A DNA stretch of 44,293 nt from Agathobacter sp. (GTDB taxonomy: Bacteria > Bacillota_I > Bacilli_A > RF39 > UBA660): assembly GCA_963628465.1 (NCBI GenBank), contig CAVGEW010000003.1:10634-54926 (forward strand), read 5' to 3'. A model generated the notes under the pieces. The model saw nothing but the letters and a program-made list of their open reading frames with translations. It was not told the origin of the DNA and did no database searches. Numbering within the stretch: position 1 is the stretch's first letter; each line of letters starts with the position of its first letter. Position numbers and translations under genes: made by a program. This document shows positions 25,905 through 34,313 of this stretch, piece after piece.

Positions 25905-26861
25905 ATGAAAAAAATTGCAGTATTTTTTGCAGCAATGCTATTTAGTGTAACAATTTGTTATGCGGGATCGGAGGTGGATTTGACTAAGAACTATGTAATA
26001 TTCGATATTGATATGTCTATTTCAAATTTAGTTATTGATGTTTACAACAGTGAAACTAATGAATATATAGAAAGAGTATTTTTAAATAAAAATAATAAAA
26101 CTTACTATTATGACAAAGGCTTAAATATCAGAATCAAAGAAATCACAAGTAATTCAGCTTACAAATGGTTTGATGACATCACTATTAATAATGAAAGTGT
26201 AACACTAAGTTTCGAGCGAATACCCCGGGATGTCACAGTTAGATTTACCACAATATATCGAGGTTATGGCTATTATATTGAATCAGTCTATACTGACACG
26301 GATATAACAATTCTTAATAGTGACTTTGAAGTGATTGGTACTTGTGTAAGTGAGGGGGATTGCGAAACTGTTTTGAAAACAGGGACATACTATATTATTG
26401 ATAATAAAACAGGAGGAACTTTTGTTGAGAATATTAGACAAGAAAGACTAGTTTATGTAGCAAGATACTTCATAATAGGTTTATATAGTGAAGATGACTT
26501 AGAACTAGATAATGTAACTAGGCATGGAAATCTGTATTATTTTGATACTCCAGCTTTTCCAACTGAATACACAATAAATGGGGAAACACTAGATTTTTCA
26601 GACAGTAGTAACTATTACTATATTCATTATGAAGGAATCTTTTATAAATATAGTAAGAAAGATGAGGTTATTGAAGATACTTCTAATGAGGATAATGCAC
26701 CAATCGAAGAAGATACTACACCTTGTGAAAATACTCATGATGAAGATGCATTTCCCGAAAAAGAAATAACCATCGCCGATGAATTATTAGTTGAAGTACC
26801 AAATACTGAAGCTTGTAATTTAGATATAACTTATTTTAAAAAGAAATATTATTTTGAATAA
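25905..26861 (+). CDS. Secreted protein, candidate dedicated sortase substrate (C-terminal VPNTEA)
   Basis: ATG at 25905, 8 nt after GAGGAGG (the track start is 25872). Signal peptide MKKIAVFFAAMLFSVTICYAG. The C-terminus is ...LLVEVPNTEACNLDITYFKKKYYFE. The stop overlaps the sortase start (TAATG). Confidence 0.65.
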   Translation: MKKIAVFFAAMLFSVTICYAGSEVDLTKNYVIFDIDMSISNLVIDVYNSETNEYIERVFLNKNNKTYYYDKGLNIRIKEITSNSAYKWFDDITINNESVTLSFERIPRDVTVRFTTIYRGYGYYIESVYTDTDITILNSDFEVIGTCVSEGDCETVLKTGTYYIIDNKTGGTFVENIRQERLVYVARYFIIGLYSEDDLELDNVTRHGNLYYFDTPAFPTEYTINGETLDFSDSSNYYYIHYEGIFYKYSKKDEVIEDTSNEDNAPIEEDTTPCENTHDEDAFPEKEITIADELLVEVPNTEACNLDITYFKKKYYFE

Positions 26862-27322
26862 TGAAAAAGCTTTTGTTACTTTTAATGTTCCTTTGTTTGC
26901 TTGGTTGTCAAAAAGATATTGAAATAGGCTCAATAGATAACTCTAATGATTATTACGGAATTTTAATTATTCCTAGCATTAATATGACTTATGGTTTTTA
27001 TGATTTAGAAAGTGATCGAAACGATGTTAGTAAAAATGTAACTTTAATAGATTCTGGCATTCCTAACACCTATATTTTGGCCGCTCACTCTGGCACAGGT
27101 TCTATTGCTTACTTTAATGATTTAAAATTTGTTGAACAAAATGATGAAATTTATTTAAAATTTAAAGATAAAACAAATGTCTATGAAGTAAAAAGTATCC
27201 GCAGTGAAAAGAAAAATGGAACAATTAATATCAAAAGGGAAGAAAACCAAGTTATCCTTACAACTTGTGATCAAGTAAGAAAAGGCAATCAATTAATAAT
27301 TGAAGCAAGTTTAAAAAGTTAA
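26861..27322 (+). CDS. Sortase family transpeptidase (small, lipoprotein-type signal)
   Basis: Lipobox LLGC in MKKLLLLLMFLCLLGCQ. Catalytic His context ILAAHSG, catalytic Cys VILTTCD (the TLxTC signature), and an Arg 4 residues after the Cys (QVRKG). Confidence 0.75.
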   Translation: MKKLLLLLMFLCLLGCQKDIEIGSIDNSNDYYGILIIPSINMTYGFYDLESDRNDVSKNVTLIDSGIPNTYILAAHSGTGSIAYFNDLKFVEQNDEIYLKFKDKTNVYEVKSIRSEKKNGTINIKREENQVILTTCDQVRKGNQLIIEASLKS

Positions 27323-27328
27323 TATTAT

Positions 27329-27357
27329 AAGAATGTAACAAAATGTTGCATTCTTTT
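27329..27357 (+). terminator. Intrinsic terminator after the sortase gene
   Basis: AAGAATGTAACA / TGTTGCATTCTT (one G-U pair) with a 3-nt loop, followed by TT. Confidence 0.55.
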
Positions 27358-27417
27358 CTAAAAATGTCTGTTATTTTAAGTCGAAATTTGGTATAATTTA
27401 TAGGCAAGGAGGATAAC

Positions 27418-27813
27418 ATGGCAAAGACAAGAAATGAATTAAGAAACATTGCAATGGTTATTTTATATCAAATAGATATTTACGAGGAACGAGGAGTAGA
27501 TTATTACATCGATAGTGTTATCAAAGATAATTTAGATGTTGATAATGAGTTTGTAAAAGATATTGTTTATGGAGTAACAACATATAAAGATTCGTTAGAT
27601 GAAATAGCTAACAAATATATTGAAGGATGGACTATCGATAGAATAGATAAAACTGGTGCATCCATTTTAAGAATGGCTCTTTATGAACTTAAATTTACGG
27701 ATACTCCCGAAATCGTAGTTATTAATGAAGCAATAGAACTTTCTAAAAAATATTCTGATGATTCAGTTAGAAAGATAATAAATGCTGTCTTAGATAAATT
27801 TATAAAAGAATAG
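27418..27813 (+). CDS. nusB: Transcription antitermination factor NusB
   Basis: 131 aa with R..AM..LYQ.D and ASILRMALYELKFTDTPEIVVINEAIELSKKY, typical of NusB. AGGAGG RBS. Confidence 0.9.
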   Translation: MAKTRNELRNIAMVILYQIDIYEERGVDYYIDSVIKDNLDVDNEFVKDIVYGVTTYKDSLDEIANKYIEGWTIDRIDKTGASILRMALYELKFTDTPEIVVINEAIELSKKYSDDSVRKIINAVLDKFIKE

Positions 27814-27820
27814 AATGTAA

Positions 27821-28470
27821 AACAAGTTAAACAATGGAAATTTATTTGAAAACAGTACTATTCGTAGTATATGGAATGAAGAAAAAAGAAGAATATTTTT
27901 TAGTGTTGTAGATGTTATTGGAACATTAACTGATAATGATTATCAAAAAGCAAGAAATTATTGGAAATGGCTAAAAAGCAAATTAAATACTATAATACTG
28001 ATACACCAGGAATATTTAGACTTATTGAATCTGTGCTTAGCCCTAAGGACGAAGTGTAACGATTGATTTTATTCCAAATAAAGTTGTTCTTGCTACAATA
28101 TCGGAATTACTAAATACGAGATAAATGGGATTTCAATTAATATCTACGATAAAGAAAGAATGTTTATTGAACTTGCAAGAAGTAAAAATCAAATGGAATA
28201 TGATATGTATAAAAAAATTATTACAAATTATAGAAAAATTGCCGATGCAGGCTCTAAATGGTAAGATAGATATTATTATTGCTAAGGAAGAAAAGCTTCA
28301 AGGTCTTTCAGAAAATATGAAAGTTGCCAAACGAGGTGGTAAAGTAGCAAAATGAGCCAGAGATTTATATGACGAAGAAACTAGAAAGTCTGCATTATCT
28401 AAATCAAATTCTTTAAGCTATAAATATATTGGTGATGTTAAAAAAAATAGAAAATTAGAAAAAAGAAAGG
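27821..28470 (+). pseudogene. Decayed Bro-N/DinD-like (phage-antirepressor-type) gene interrupted by an unrelated fragment
   Basis: Pieces lie in three frames without a start codon. NGNLFENSTIRSIWNEEKRRIFFSVVDVIGTLTDNDYQKARNYWKWLKSKLN begins at 27830. TPGIFRLIESVLSPKDEV* is frame-shifted. AKRGGKVAK*ARDLYDEETRKSALSKSN is the C-terminal piece. GISINIYDKERMFIELARSKNQMEYDMYKKIITNYRKIA (~28127-28270) is a foreign fragment, possibly AbiEi-like. Confidence 0.6.
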
Positions 28471-28480
28471 GGATTTATCC

Positions 28481-29740
28481 ATGGATAAAGAATATATTAA
28501 AATAAGTGATTTAAATAGTTATATAAAAAGTATATTAGACAATAATGCTTTTTTAAATAAAGTCTATTTAAAAGGAGAAATAAGTAATTTTAAAAACCAT
28601 ACTAGAGGCCATCTTTATTTTACTTTAAAAGATGATACATCAAGGATAAGTGCTGTTATGTTTCAAAGTAGCGCTGTAAGACTTGAATTTAATCCTGAGG
28701 ATGGAATGAATGTTTTAGTAGAGGGAAGAATTAGTGCTTATCCAGCCCAAGGTACATACCAAATTTATGTTGATAAAATGGAACCAGATGGTCAAGGTGC
28801 CTTGTACATTGAGTTTGAAAAGCTAAAGAAAAAGTTAGCTGGAGAAGGCTTATTTGATGCCATGCATAAAAAGGCAATACCTAAGTTCCCTGAGAGAATC
28901 GGGGTTATAACAGCCTCAACTGGTGCCGCAGTTCGAGATATTATGAGTACAATCAAAAGAAGGTATCCTGTTTGTGAAGCAATACTTTTCCCATGCTTAG
29001 TTCAAGGAAAAGATGCTGCCCCTGATATTGTAAGACAAATAAAAAGAGCGGATTCGTTCGGGGTTGATACAATAATCGTAGGTCGGGGTGGAGGATCTAT
29101 TGAAGACTTATGGGCCTTTAATGAAGAAATTGTAGCTCAGGCAATATATGATTGTAATACGCCAATCATAAGTGCCGTAGGTCATGAAATAGACTGGACT
29201 ATCGCGGATTTTGTCGCTGACCTTAGAGCGCCAACTCCAACTGGTGCCGCTGAAATGGCCGTGCCAACTGTCCTTGATATAAATACTTTGCTTAATAATT
29301 ATAAGATTAGGCTTAATAAAAACATTAAAAATATGGTTAATACTAAGTTTATTAAATGGCGTAGTCTTAAAAATAGTTTTATTTTAAAAAATCCCATGAC
29401 TATGTATGAAATGAAGGAACAAAAACTAGATAATTTGTTAGATAAGCTAAATAATGATATTAAGTTAATACTTCAAGAAAAAGAAATTAAATTAAATAAC
29501 TTAAAGATGAATCCCATTTTAAAAAATCCCATGTCTTTAGTGGATAAAAAGAAAAATGATTATACTTTACTTGTAAATACTTTAAAGCTAGTTAATCCGT
29601 TAGGTATTTTAGAAAAAGGTTATTCCTTAACTACGATTAATGATAAAGTAATTAAATCAAATGAAGATGTAAATATTGATGATGTAATTAATGTCAGGTT
29701 ACATGTTGGTGATATAAAAGCTAAAGTTATTGAAAAATAA
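28481..29740 (+). CDS. xseA: Exodeoxyribonuclease VII large subunit
   Basis: N-terminal OB fold ISDLNSYIKSILDNN..LNKVYLKGEISNFKNHTRGHLYFTLKD. Catalytic core GVITASTGAAVRDI, IVGRGGGSIEDLWAFNEE and VGHEIDWTIADFVADLRAPTPTGAAE. Confidence 0.92.
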   Translation: MDKEYIKISDLNSYIKSILDNNAFLNKVYLKGEISNFKNHTRGHLYFTLKDDTSRISAVMFQSSAVRLEFNPEDGMNVLVEGRISAYPAQGTYQIYVDKMEPDGQGALYIEFEKLKKKLAGEGLFDAMHKKAIPKFPERIGVITASTGAAVRDIMSTIKRRYPVCEAILFPCLVQGKDAAPDIVRQIKRADSFGVDTIIVGRGGGSIEDLWAFNEEIVAQAIYDCNTPIISAVGHEIDWTIADFVADLRAPTPTGAAEMAVPTVLDINTLLNNYKIRLNKNIKNMVNTKFIKWRSLKNSFILKNPMTMYEMKEQKLDNLLDKLNNDIKLILQEKEIKLNNLKMNPILKNPMSLVDKKKNDYTLLVNTLKLVNPLGILEKGYSLTTINDKVIKSNEDVNIDDVINVRLHVGDIKAKVIEK

Positions 29741-29759
29741 TTTAAGGAGGTAAATATAA

Positions 29760-30332
29760 ATGAACGAAGATATAACAAAGTTATTTAGTATTCTTTTATC
29801 TGAAAAACCTAGCGAACAAATAATTAAAAATGAAGAATTTGTATTTTCTTTAATACCAGAGTTAAAATTATCTAAAGGTTTTAATCAAAATAACAAATGG
29901 CATATATATGATGTTTATAACCATATTCTTCGTGTTGTTGATGGAGTACCAAGTGATTTATCTTTAAGATTATCAGCATTATTTCATGATATTGGTAAGC
30001 CTTTTGCTTATTATGAAGATGAACAAGGACAAGGACATTTTCATGGTCATTGGATTAAATCTCAAGAAATATTTTTGAATTTTGCAAAGGACAACAATTT
30101 AGATGCAGAATTATCTATGATTGTATCAAAGTTAGTTTTCTATCATGACTTAAATATAGGTAAACTAGATGGGGATTCCCTTGTTAATTTTGTTAATGAA
30201 CTAGGCGGAGAAAATATTGAAAAGTATTTTTTCTTAAAAAGAAGTGATTTACTAGCCCATTCTCCGCTTGCTCATTATAAATTAGATGAATATGATAAGC
30301 AAGAAGCTGCGATGCTTAAATTAAGAAAATAA
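29760..30332 (+). CDS. HD domain-containing phosphohydrolase
   Basis: H...HILRV...LSALFHDIGKP (HD motif). It resembles the HD region of CCA-adding/poly(A) polymerase-family accessory domains. Confidence 0.65.
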   Translation: MNEDITKLFSILLSEKPSEQIIKNEEFVFSLIPELKLSKGFNQNNKWHIYDVYNHILRVVDGVPSDLSLRLSALFHDIGKPFAYYEDEQGQGHFHGHWIKSQEIFLNFAKDNNLDAELSMIVSKLVFYHDLNIGKLDGDSLVNFVNELGGENIEKYFFLKRSDLLAHSPLAHYKLDEYDKQEAAMLKLRK

Positions 30333-30341
30333 AAAGGATAG

Positions 30342-30887
30342 GTGATTATTGTGGAAATTTTAAAATTAGTAAAACCTGAACTTTGTGATAAAGAAAGTGC
30401 TTTAAGTATGCTTGAAGAAATTAAAGAAATTGATTTAGGTTTGCCATGGCAATATTCCGGTCTTGCAGCTCTTCATGAAGCTTTATCTTATGAAGACTGG
30501 CTTAAAGATAAAGAAAATGAAAGAAAAGGAATAAATCTAAAAGATGGTTATGTTCCGGCGACAACTTTGTTTTTAAAACGAGAAAGTGATGGAAAAATAT
30601 GTGGATGTGTCGGAATTAGACATACTCTAAATGATTTTCTTTTAAATTATGGAGGGCATATTGGTTACTCAATTACGCCAAGTGAGCGAGGAAAGGGTTA
30701 TGGTAAGTTGCAACTTAAGCTTGCTTTGGAGGAAATAAAAAGGTTAGGTATTGAAGAATGTTTAATTACCGCAGATACAAACAATTTAGCAAGTAATAAA
30801 TTAATTGTATCTGCAGGAGGTATTTTAGAAAATACTGTTATGTTAGATGATAATACTTTAAATAGGTATTGGATAAATTTAAAATAA
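30342..30887 (+). CDS. GNAT family N-acetyltransferase (stand-alone paralogue of the rSAM-fused GNAT)
   Basis: GIRHTLNDFLLNYGGHIGYSITPSERGKGYGKLQLKLALEE...LITADTNNLASNKLIVSAGGILEN. AcCoA motif RGKGYG. It aligns along its whole length with aa ~1-180 of the 12287..13855 ORF. Confidence 0.8.
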   Translation: MIIVEILKLVKPELCDKESALSMLEEIKEIDLGLPWQYSGLAALHEALSYEDWLKDKENERKGINLKDGYVPATTLFLKRESDGKICGCVGIRHTLNDFLLNYGGHIGYSITPSERGKGYGKLQLKLALEEIKRLGIEECLITADTNNLASNKLIVSAGGILENTVMLDDNTLNRYWINLK

Positions 30888-30918
30888 TTGATATAATAAT
30901 TAAGAAAGGAAAATAATA

Positions 30919-31137
30919 ATGGAAGAAAATAAAAATTTTGAAAGTTCTCTTGAGGAATTAGAAAAAATAGTTAAAGAACTTGAAAGTGGTAATGTTAATT
31001 TAGATGATGCAATAAATAAGTATACGGAAGCAATGAAACTTGCTAAATATTGCGGGGAAAAATTAAATGATGCTACGCAAAAAGTTAATAAAATTTTGAC
31101 GGAAGATAATGAACTTAAAGAATTTAAAGCAGAATAG
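30919..31137 (+). CDS. xseB: Exodeoxyribonuclease VII small subunit
   Basis: 72 aa; FESSLEELEKIVKELESGNVNLDDAINKYTEAMKLAKYCGEKL is the XseB signature. Confidence 0.9.
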   Translation: MEENKNFESSLEELEKIVKELESGNVNLDDAINKYTEAMKLAKYCGEKLNDATQKVNKILTEDNELKEFKAE

Positions 31138-31142
31138 GGGAA

Positions 31143-32561
31143 GTGAATATGGAAGTTAAAGATATTACAAATAGAGATGTGGATTTTGCTAAATGGTACA
31201 CAGATGTGTGCAAAAAAGCTGATTTGGTAGATTATTCAAGTGTTAAAGGAAGTATGATTATTCGTCCGCTGGGGTATGCTATTTGGGAAGAAATTCAAAA
31301 GACCATGGATAAAATGTTTAAAGAAACTGGTCATGAAAATGTCCAAATGCCAATGTTTATACCAGAATCACTTTTGAACGTGGAAAAAGAACATGTCGAA
31401 GGTTTTGCTCCCGAAGTTGCTTGGGTTACTCATGGAGGTAATGAAAAACTTGAAGAAAGAATGTGTGTAAGACCTACGAGTGAAGTGCTTTTTTGTGACC
31501 ATTATAAAAAGATAATAAATACTTATAGAGATTTACCAATTCTTTATAATCAATGGTGTACCATAGTTAGATGGGAAAAGACAACAAGACCATTTCTAAG
31601 AAGTAGAGAAATACTTTGGCAAGAAGGACACACTATGCATGCCACTGCTGAAGAAGCTAGGGAAGAGACTTTAAGAATGTTTAATGTTTATAAAACTTTT
31701 CAAGAAGACTATCTAGCTTTACCTGTTATTACTGGTAAAAAGACTGAAAAAGAAAAGTTTGCTGGAGCGGAAGAAACCTATACTTTGGAAGCAATGATGT
31801 ATAATGGTTATGCTCTTCAAAATGGAACTAGTCATTATTTTGGTAATCATTTTGCTAAAGCTTTTGGTATTAAGTTTACGGATAAAGATAATACCCAAAA
31901 GACACCATATCAAACAAGTTGGGGCTCTACAACAAGAATGATTGGGGCTATTATAATGACTCATGGTGATGACCATGGACTTGTACTTCCACCTAAGATT
32001 GCCCCTTTTAAAGTAATAGTTATCCCTATTGGTGATGTTGCGGAAAGTAAAGATAAATTAACTAAAGAACTTAAAGAAAATAATATTACTTTTAAAGTTG
32101 ATGAAAGAGATAAAACACCTGGTTTTAAATTTGCTGATGCGGAAGTTAAGGGATACCCAATAAGAATAGAGCTTGGTAAAAGAGATTTAGAATCTAATAT
32201 GGTAACATTAGTTAGAAGAGATACTTTAGAAAAGGTGCAAGTTTCTTTTGAAGAAGTTGTTGATAAAATAAATGAACTACTTGATGTAATGCAAAAAGAT
32301 ATGTTTGCTAAAGCTAAAACTAGAAGAGATAGTATGATATATGAAGCTAAAGATTACGAAGAGCTTACTAACATTGCAACAACTAAAGATGGAGGTTTTA
32401 TCAAAATAAATTGGTGTGGCAATGTAGAGTGTGAAAACAAAATAAAAGATGACTTTGGTATTAAGTCGAGATGTTTAATTGAAAACGAAGAAGTAACGGG
32501 TCCATGCTGTGTGTGTGGTAATAAAGCTACAACAAGGCTTTATATAGGAAGACAATATTAA
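31143..32561 (+). CDS. proS: Proline--tRNA ligase (archaeal/eukaryote-like type with C-terminal zinc-binding domain)
   Basis: FAKWYTDV..KADL.DYSSVKG.MIIRP.GYAIWE, class II motifs (RPTSE, RWE..TRPFLR.REILWQEGH), and C-terminal CCVCG....YIGRQY. The likely start is the ATG at 31149. Confidence 0.9.
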   Translation: MNMEVKDITNRDVDFAKWYTDVCKKADLVDYSSVKGSMIIRPLGYAIWEEIQKTMDKMFKETGHENVQMPMFIPESLLNVEKEHVEGFAPEVAWVTHGGNEKLEERMCVRPTSEVLFCDHYKKIINTYRDLPILYNQWCTIVRWEKTTRPFLRSREILWQEGHTMHATAEEAREETLRMFNVYKTFQEDYLALPVITGKKTEKEKFAGAEETYTLEAMMYNGYALQNGTSHYFGNHFAKAFGIKFTDKDNTQKTPYQTSWGSTTRMIGAIIMTHGDDHGLVLPPKIAPFKVIVIPIGDVAESKDKLTKELKENNITFKVDERDKTPGFKFADAEVKGYPIRIELGKRDLESNMVTLVRRDTLEKVQVSFEEVVDKINELLDVMQKDMFAKAKTRRDSMIYEAKDYEELTNIATTKDGGFIKINWCGNVECENKIKDDFGIKSRCLIENEEVTGPCCVCGNKATTRLYIGRQY

Positions 32562-32592
32562 AAATGAATAAGAAATAATCTTATTCATTTTT
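32560..32592. terminator. Bidirectional terminator shared by proS and the convergent DUF1292 gene
   Basis: 13-bp perfect stem AAAAATGAATAAG (32560-32572) / CTTATTCATTTTT (32580-32592). The 3' arm overlaps the last codons and stop of the minus-strand gene. Confidence 0.75.
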
Positions 32593-32817
32593 ATATGCAC
32601 TAGCAAATTCTTTTAAAGCCATTAAAACTTCTGCTTTAGAATCAAGTCCGACAAGAAATTCATCGCCATTAATGTAATTTATCTTTCTAATACAAAAGTC
32701 AGCAATATCATTTTCATTGGTAAGATAAACATATTTTACATTATTTATAACAAGCTCTGCTGTTACCATGTAGTCTTTACCATCGTCTAATGTTACTATT
32801 TCAATATTTTCACTCAT
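32581..32817 (-). CDS. DUF1292 domain-containing protein
   Basis: 78 aa; IVTLDDGKDYMVTAELVINNVKYVYLTNENDIADFCIRK...GDEFLVGLDS..E matches the DUF1292 pattern. Confidence 0.7.
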   Translation of the reverse strand: MSENIEIVTLDDGKDYMVTAELVINNVKYVYLTNENDIADFCIRKINYINGDEFLVGLDSKAEVLMALKEFASAYKNE

Positions 32818-33518
32818 CTTGAACCTCCATTTAATTCACCAAGTAGACTAGTTCTTTGTTCATGTTCTATACCTTCTTTAGCATAAGCTCTAATAACTTT
32901 TTCCATTAAAGGTGCATAGTCTTCTAAAGCAATACCTTTACTACTTAAATACTCATTAAAAGAATTATGTAAACAAGCTTCTATTTCAGCTTCGGTATAA
33001 GCCCCTGGGTTACTACTAATTAATTGATTCATTTTTAAAAATATTTCATTCATGCAATCTAATCTATTGTACTTATCCAACTTACTATAACAACCATATA
33101 TTCTTGTATCTATGTCATATTCCTTATTTTTATTTAAAACATCATAAGCCATACCATCAGTATCATAATCCCAATAAGGACTTCTTTCTTCAATGCTGCT
33201 TCTTGATGTGAAAGTATTATCACTAACAACACTTTCAATAGAATTTTTAAGTTCTCCAGCTTTTTTAGTGGTATCTATCACTTGTATCGTTTCATAAATA
33301 CCAACTGCTAACCCAGCTCCTAAGGTAACTAGTATAATAGCTTTCTTAGCTAAATTATTTATTCCTTTGGGTTTTTGCTTTTCTCTTCTACTGTTTCTTG
33401 TACTTTTACAACGAGTACTTCTACTAACAATAGTGTCTATTCTTTCATATTCTTCACTTTGTTCAACATCATCAAAAAAGAAACCAATACCATAATCAAT
33501 ATCATCTATTTTGCTCAT
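32814..33518 (-). CDS. Hypothetical membrane-anchored protein
   Basis: 234-aa ORF with a basic N-terminus and one TM (AIILVTLGAGLAVGIYETI). It overlaps the downstream gene by 4 nt. Confidence 0.6.
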   Translation of the reverse strand: MSKIDDIDYGIGFFFDDVEQSEEYERIDTIVSRSTRCKSTRNSRREKQKPKGINNLAKKAIILVTLGAGLAVGIYETIQVIDTTKKAGELKNSIESVVSDNTFTSRSSIEERSPYWDYDTDGMAYDVLNKNKEYDIDTRIYGCYSKLDKYNRLDCMNEIFLKMNQLISSNPGAYTEAEIEACLHNSFNEYLSSKGIALEDYAPLMEKVIRAYAKEGIEHEQRTSLLGELNGGSR

Positions 33519-33625
33519 TTTTATCCCTTCTCTCTATAATAATTTTACCCTAATATTTGTCTTTTGGCAATATAATTTTAAAAATTTCTCTTTCTTTTCT
33601 TAAATATATATTGTAAAATAAATGT

Positions 33626-34297
33626 ATGGAAGATATTAAAAAAGTAAAAACTCTTATATCAAGAATAAATAGAAAATGCGATAAAGAAGGCATTTCTTTG
33701 TTTGATGCATTAAAAACTCTTGACCTAGATAATTTAAATTATCTAAAAATAATAGGGTTAAATATATCTTTAATAAATGATACTATAAAAGGTGCTATAG
33801 ATAACTTGTTTTTACTTAAAGATACAAGATTAATAATGTCTTTAGATATGGAAAGTTTAAAGCAAGATGAAATAGAAATATATTCTAAGAATAGTAACCA
33901 AGTAGTTCATTTTCTTCAAGATAAAATAACTTTAGATGAATATACTTCTTTGGAAGATGAAGAATATATATATGAAGAAACTTTTACTTGTATATCTCGT
34001 TTAAATGAAGAAATATCTTATAAATTATATACAACTACTAGTAAAGATGATTTAAAGAAAAGAATTATATCTGAGAAATATCCTCTTAAACATATGAGAA
34101 TAATTGTTTCTTATAAAAATGATACAATAGATAAAGTTTATGAATTTACTATTAATCAAGATATGCTTAAAAGTGATTTAAACTTTATAATAAGAGTTTT
34201 ACATAACTTTGGTTTTCTAGAAAGTTTTTCCATATTAAATAAATATCCATCTAGTATTAAGATAGTTGGTGAATCTATAAACAAAATTACTACTTAA
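33626..34297 (+). CDS. Hypothetical protein
   Basis: 223-aa ORF. No clear RBS and no family recognised. Confidence 0.5.
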   Translation: MEDIKKVKTLISRINRKCDKEGISLFDALKTLDLDNLNYLKIIGLNISLINDTIKGAIDNLFLLKDTRLIMSLDMESLKQDEIEIYSKNSNQVVHFLQDKITLDEYTSLEDEEYIYEETFTCISRLNEEISYKLYTTTSKDDLKKRIISEKYPLKHMRIIVSYKNDTIDKVYEFTINQDMLKSDLNFIIRVLHNFGFLESFSILNKYPSSIKIVGESINKITT

Positions 34298-34312
34298 ATA
34301 AGTAGTAATTTT
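34283..34312. terminator. Bidirectional terminator between convergent genes
   Basis: 13-bp perfect stem AAAATTACTACTT (34283-34295) / AAGTAGTAATTTT (34300-34312). The 5' arm is the coding 3' end of the + gene. Confidence 0.7.
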
Positions 34313-34313
34313 G

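Noticed and set aside
28125-28355. 76-aa ORF as a real gene
   Set aside because: It reads across fragments of different decayed genes. Its C-terminus, AKRGGKVAK, belongs to the Bro-N/DinD-like pseudogene. I treat it as part of the pseudogene patch.
31100-31150. T-box leader upstream of proS
   Set aside because: Only about 10 nt separate the xseB stop from the proS start, which leaves no room for a leader. proS appears co-transcribed with xseB.
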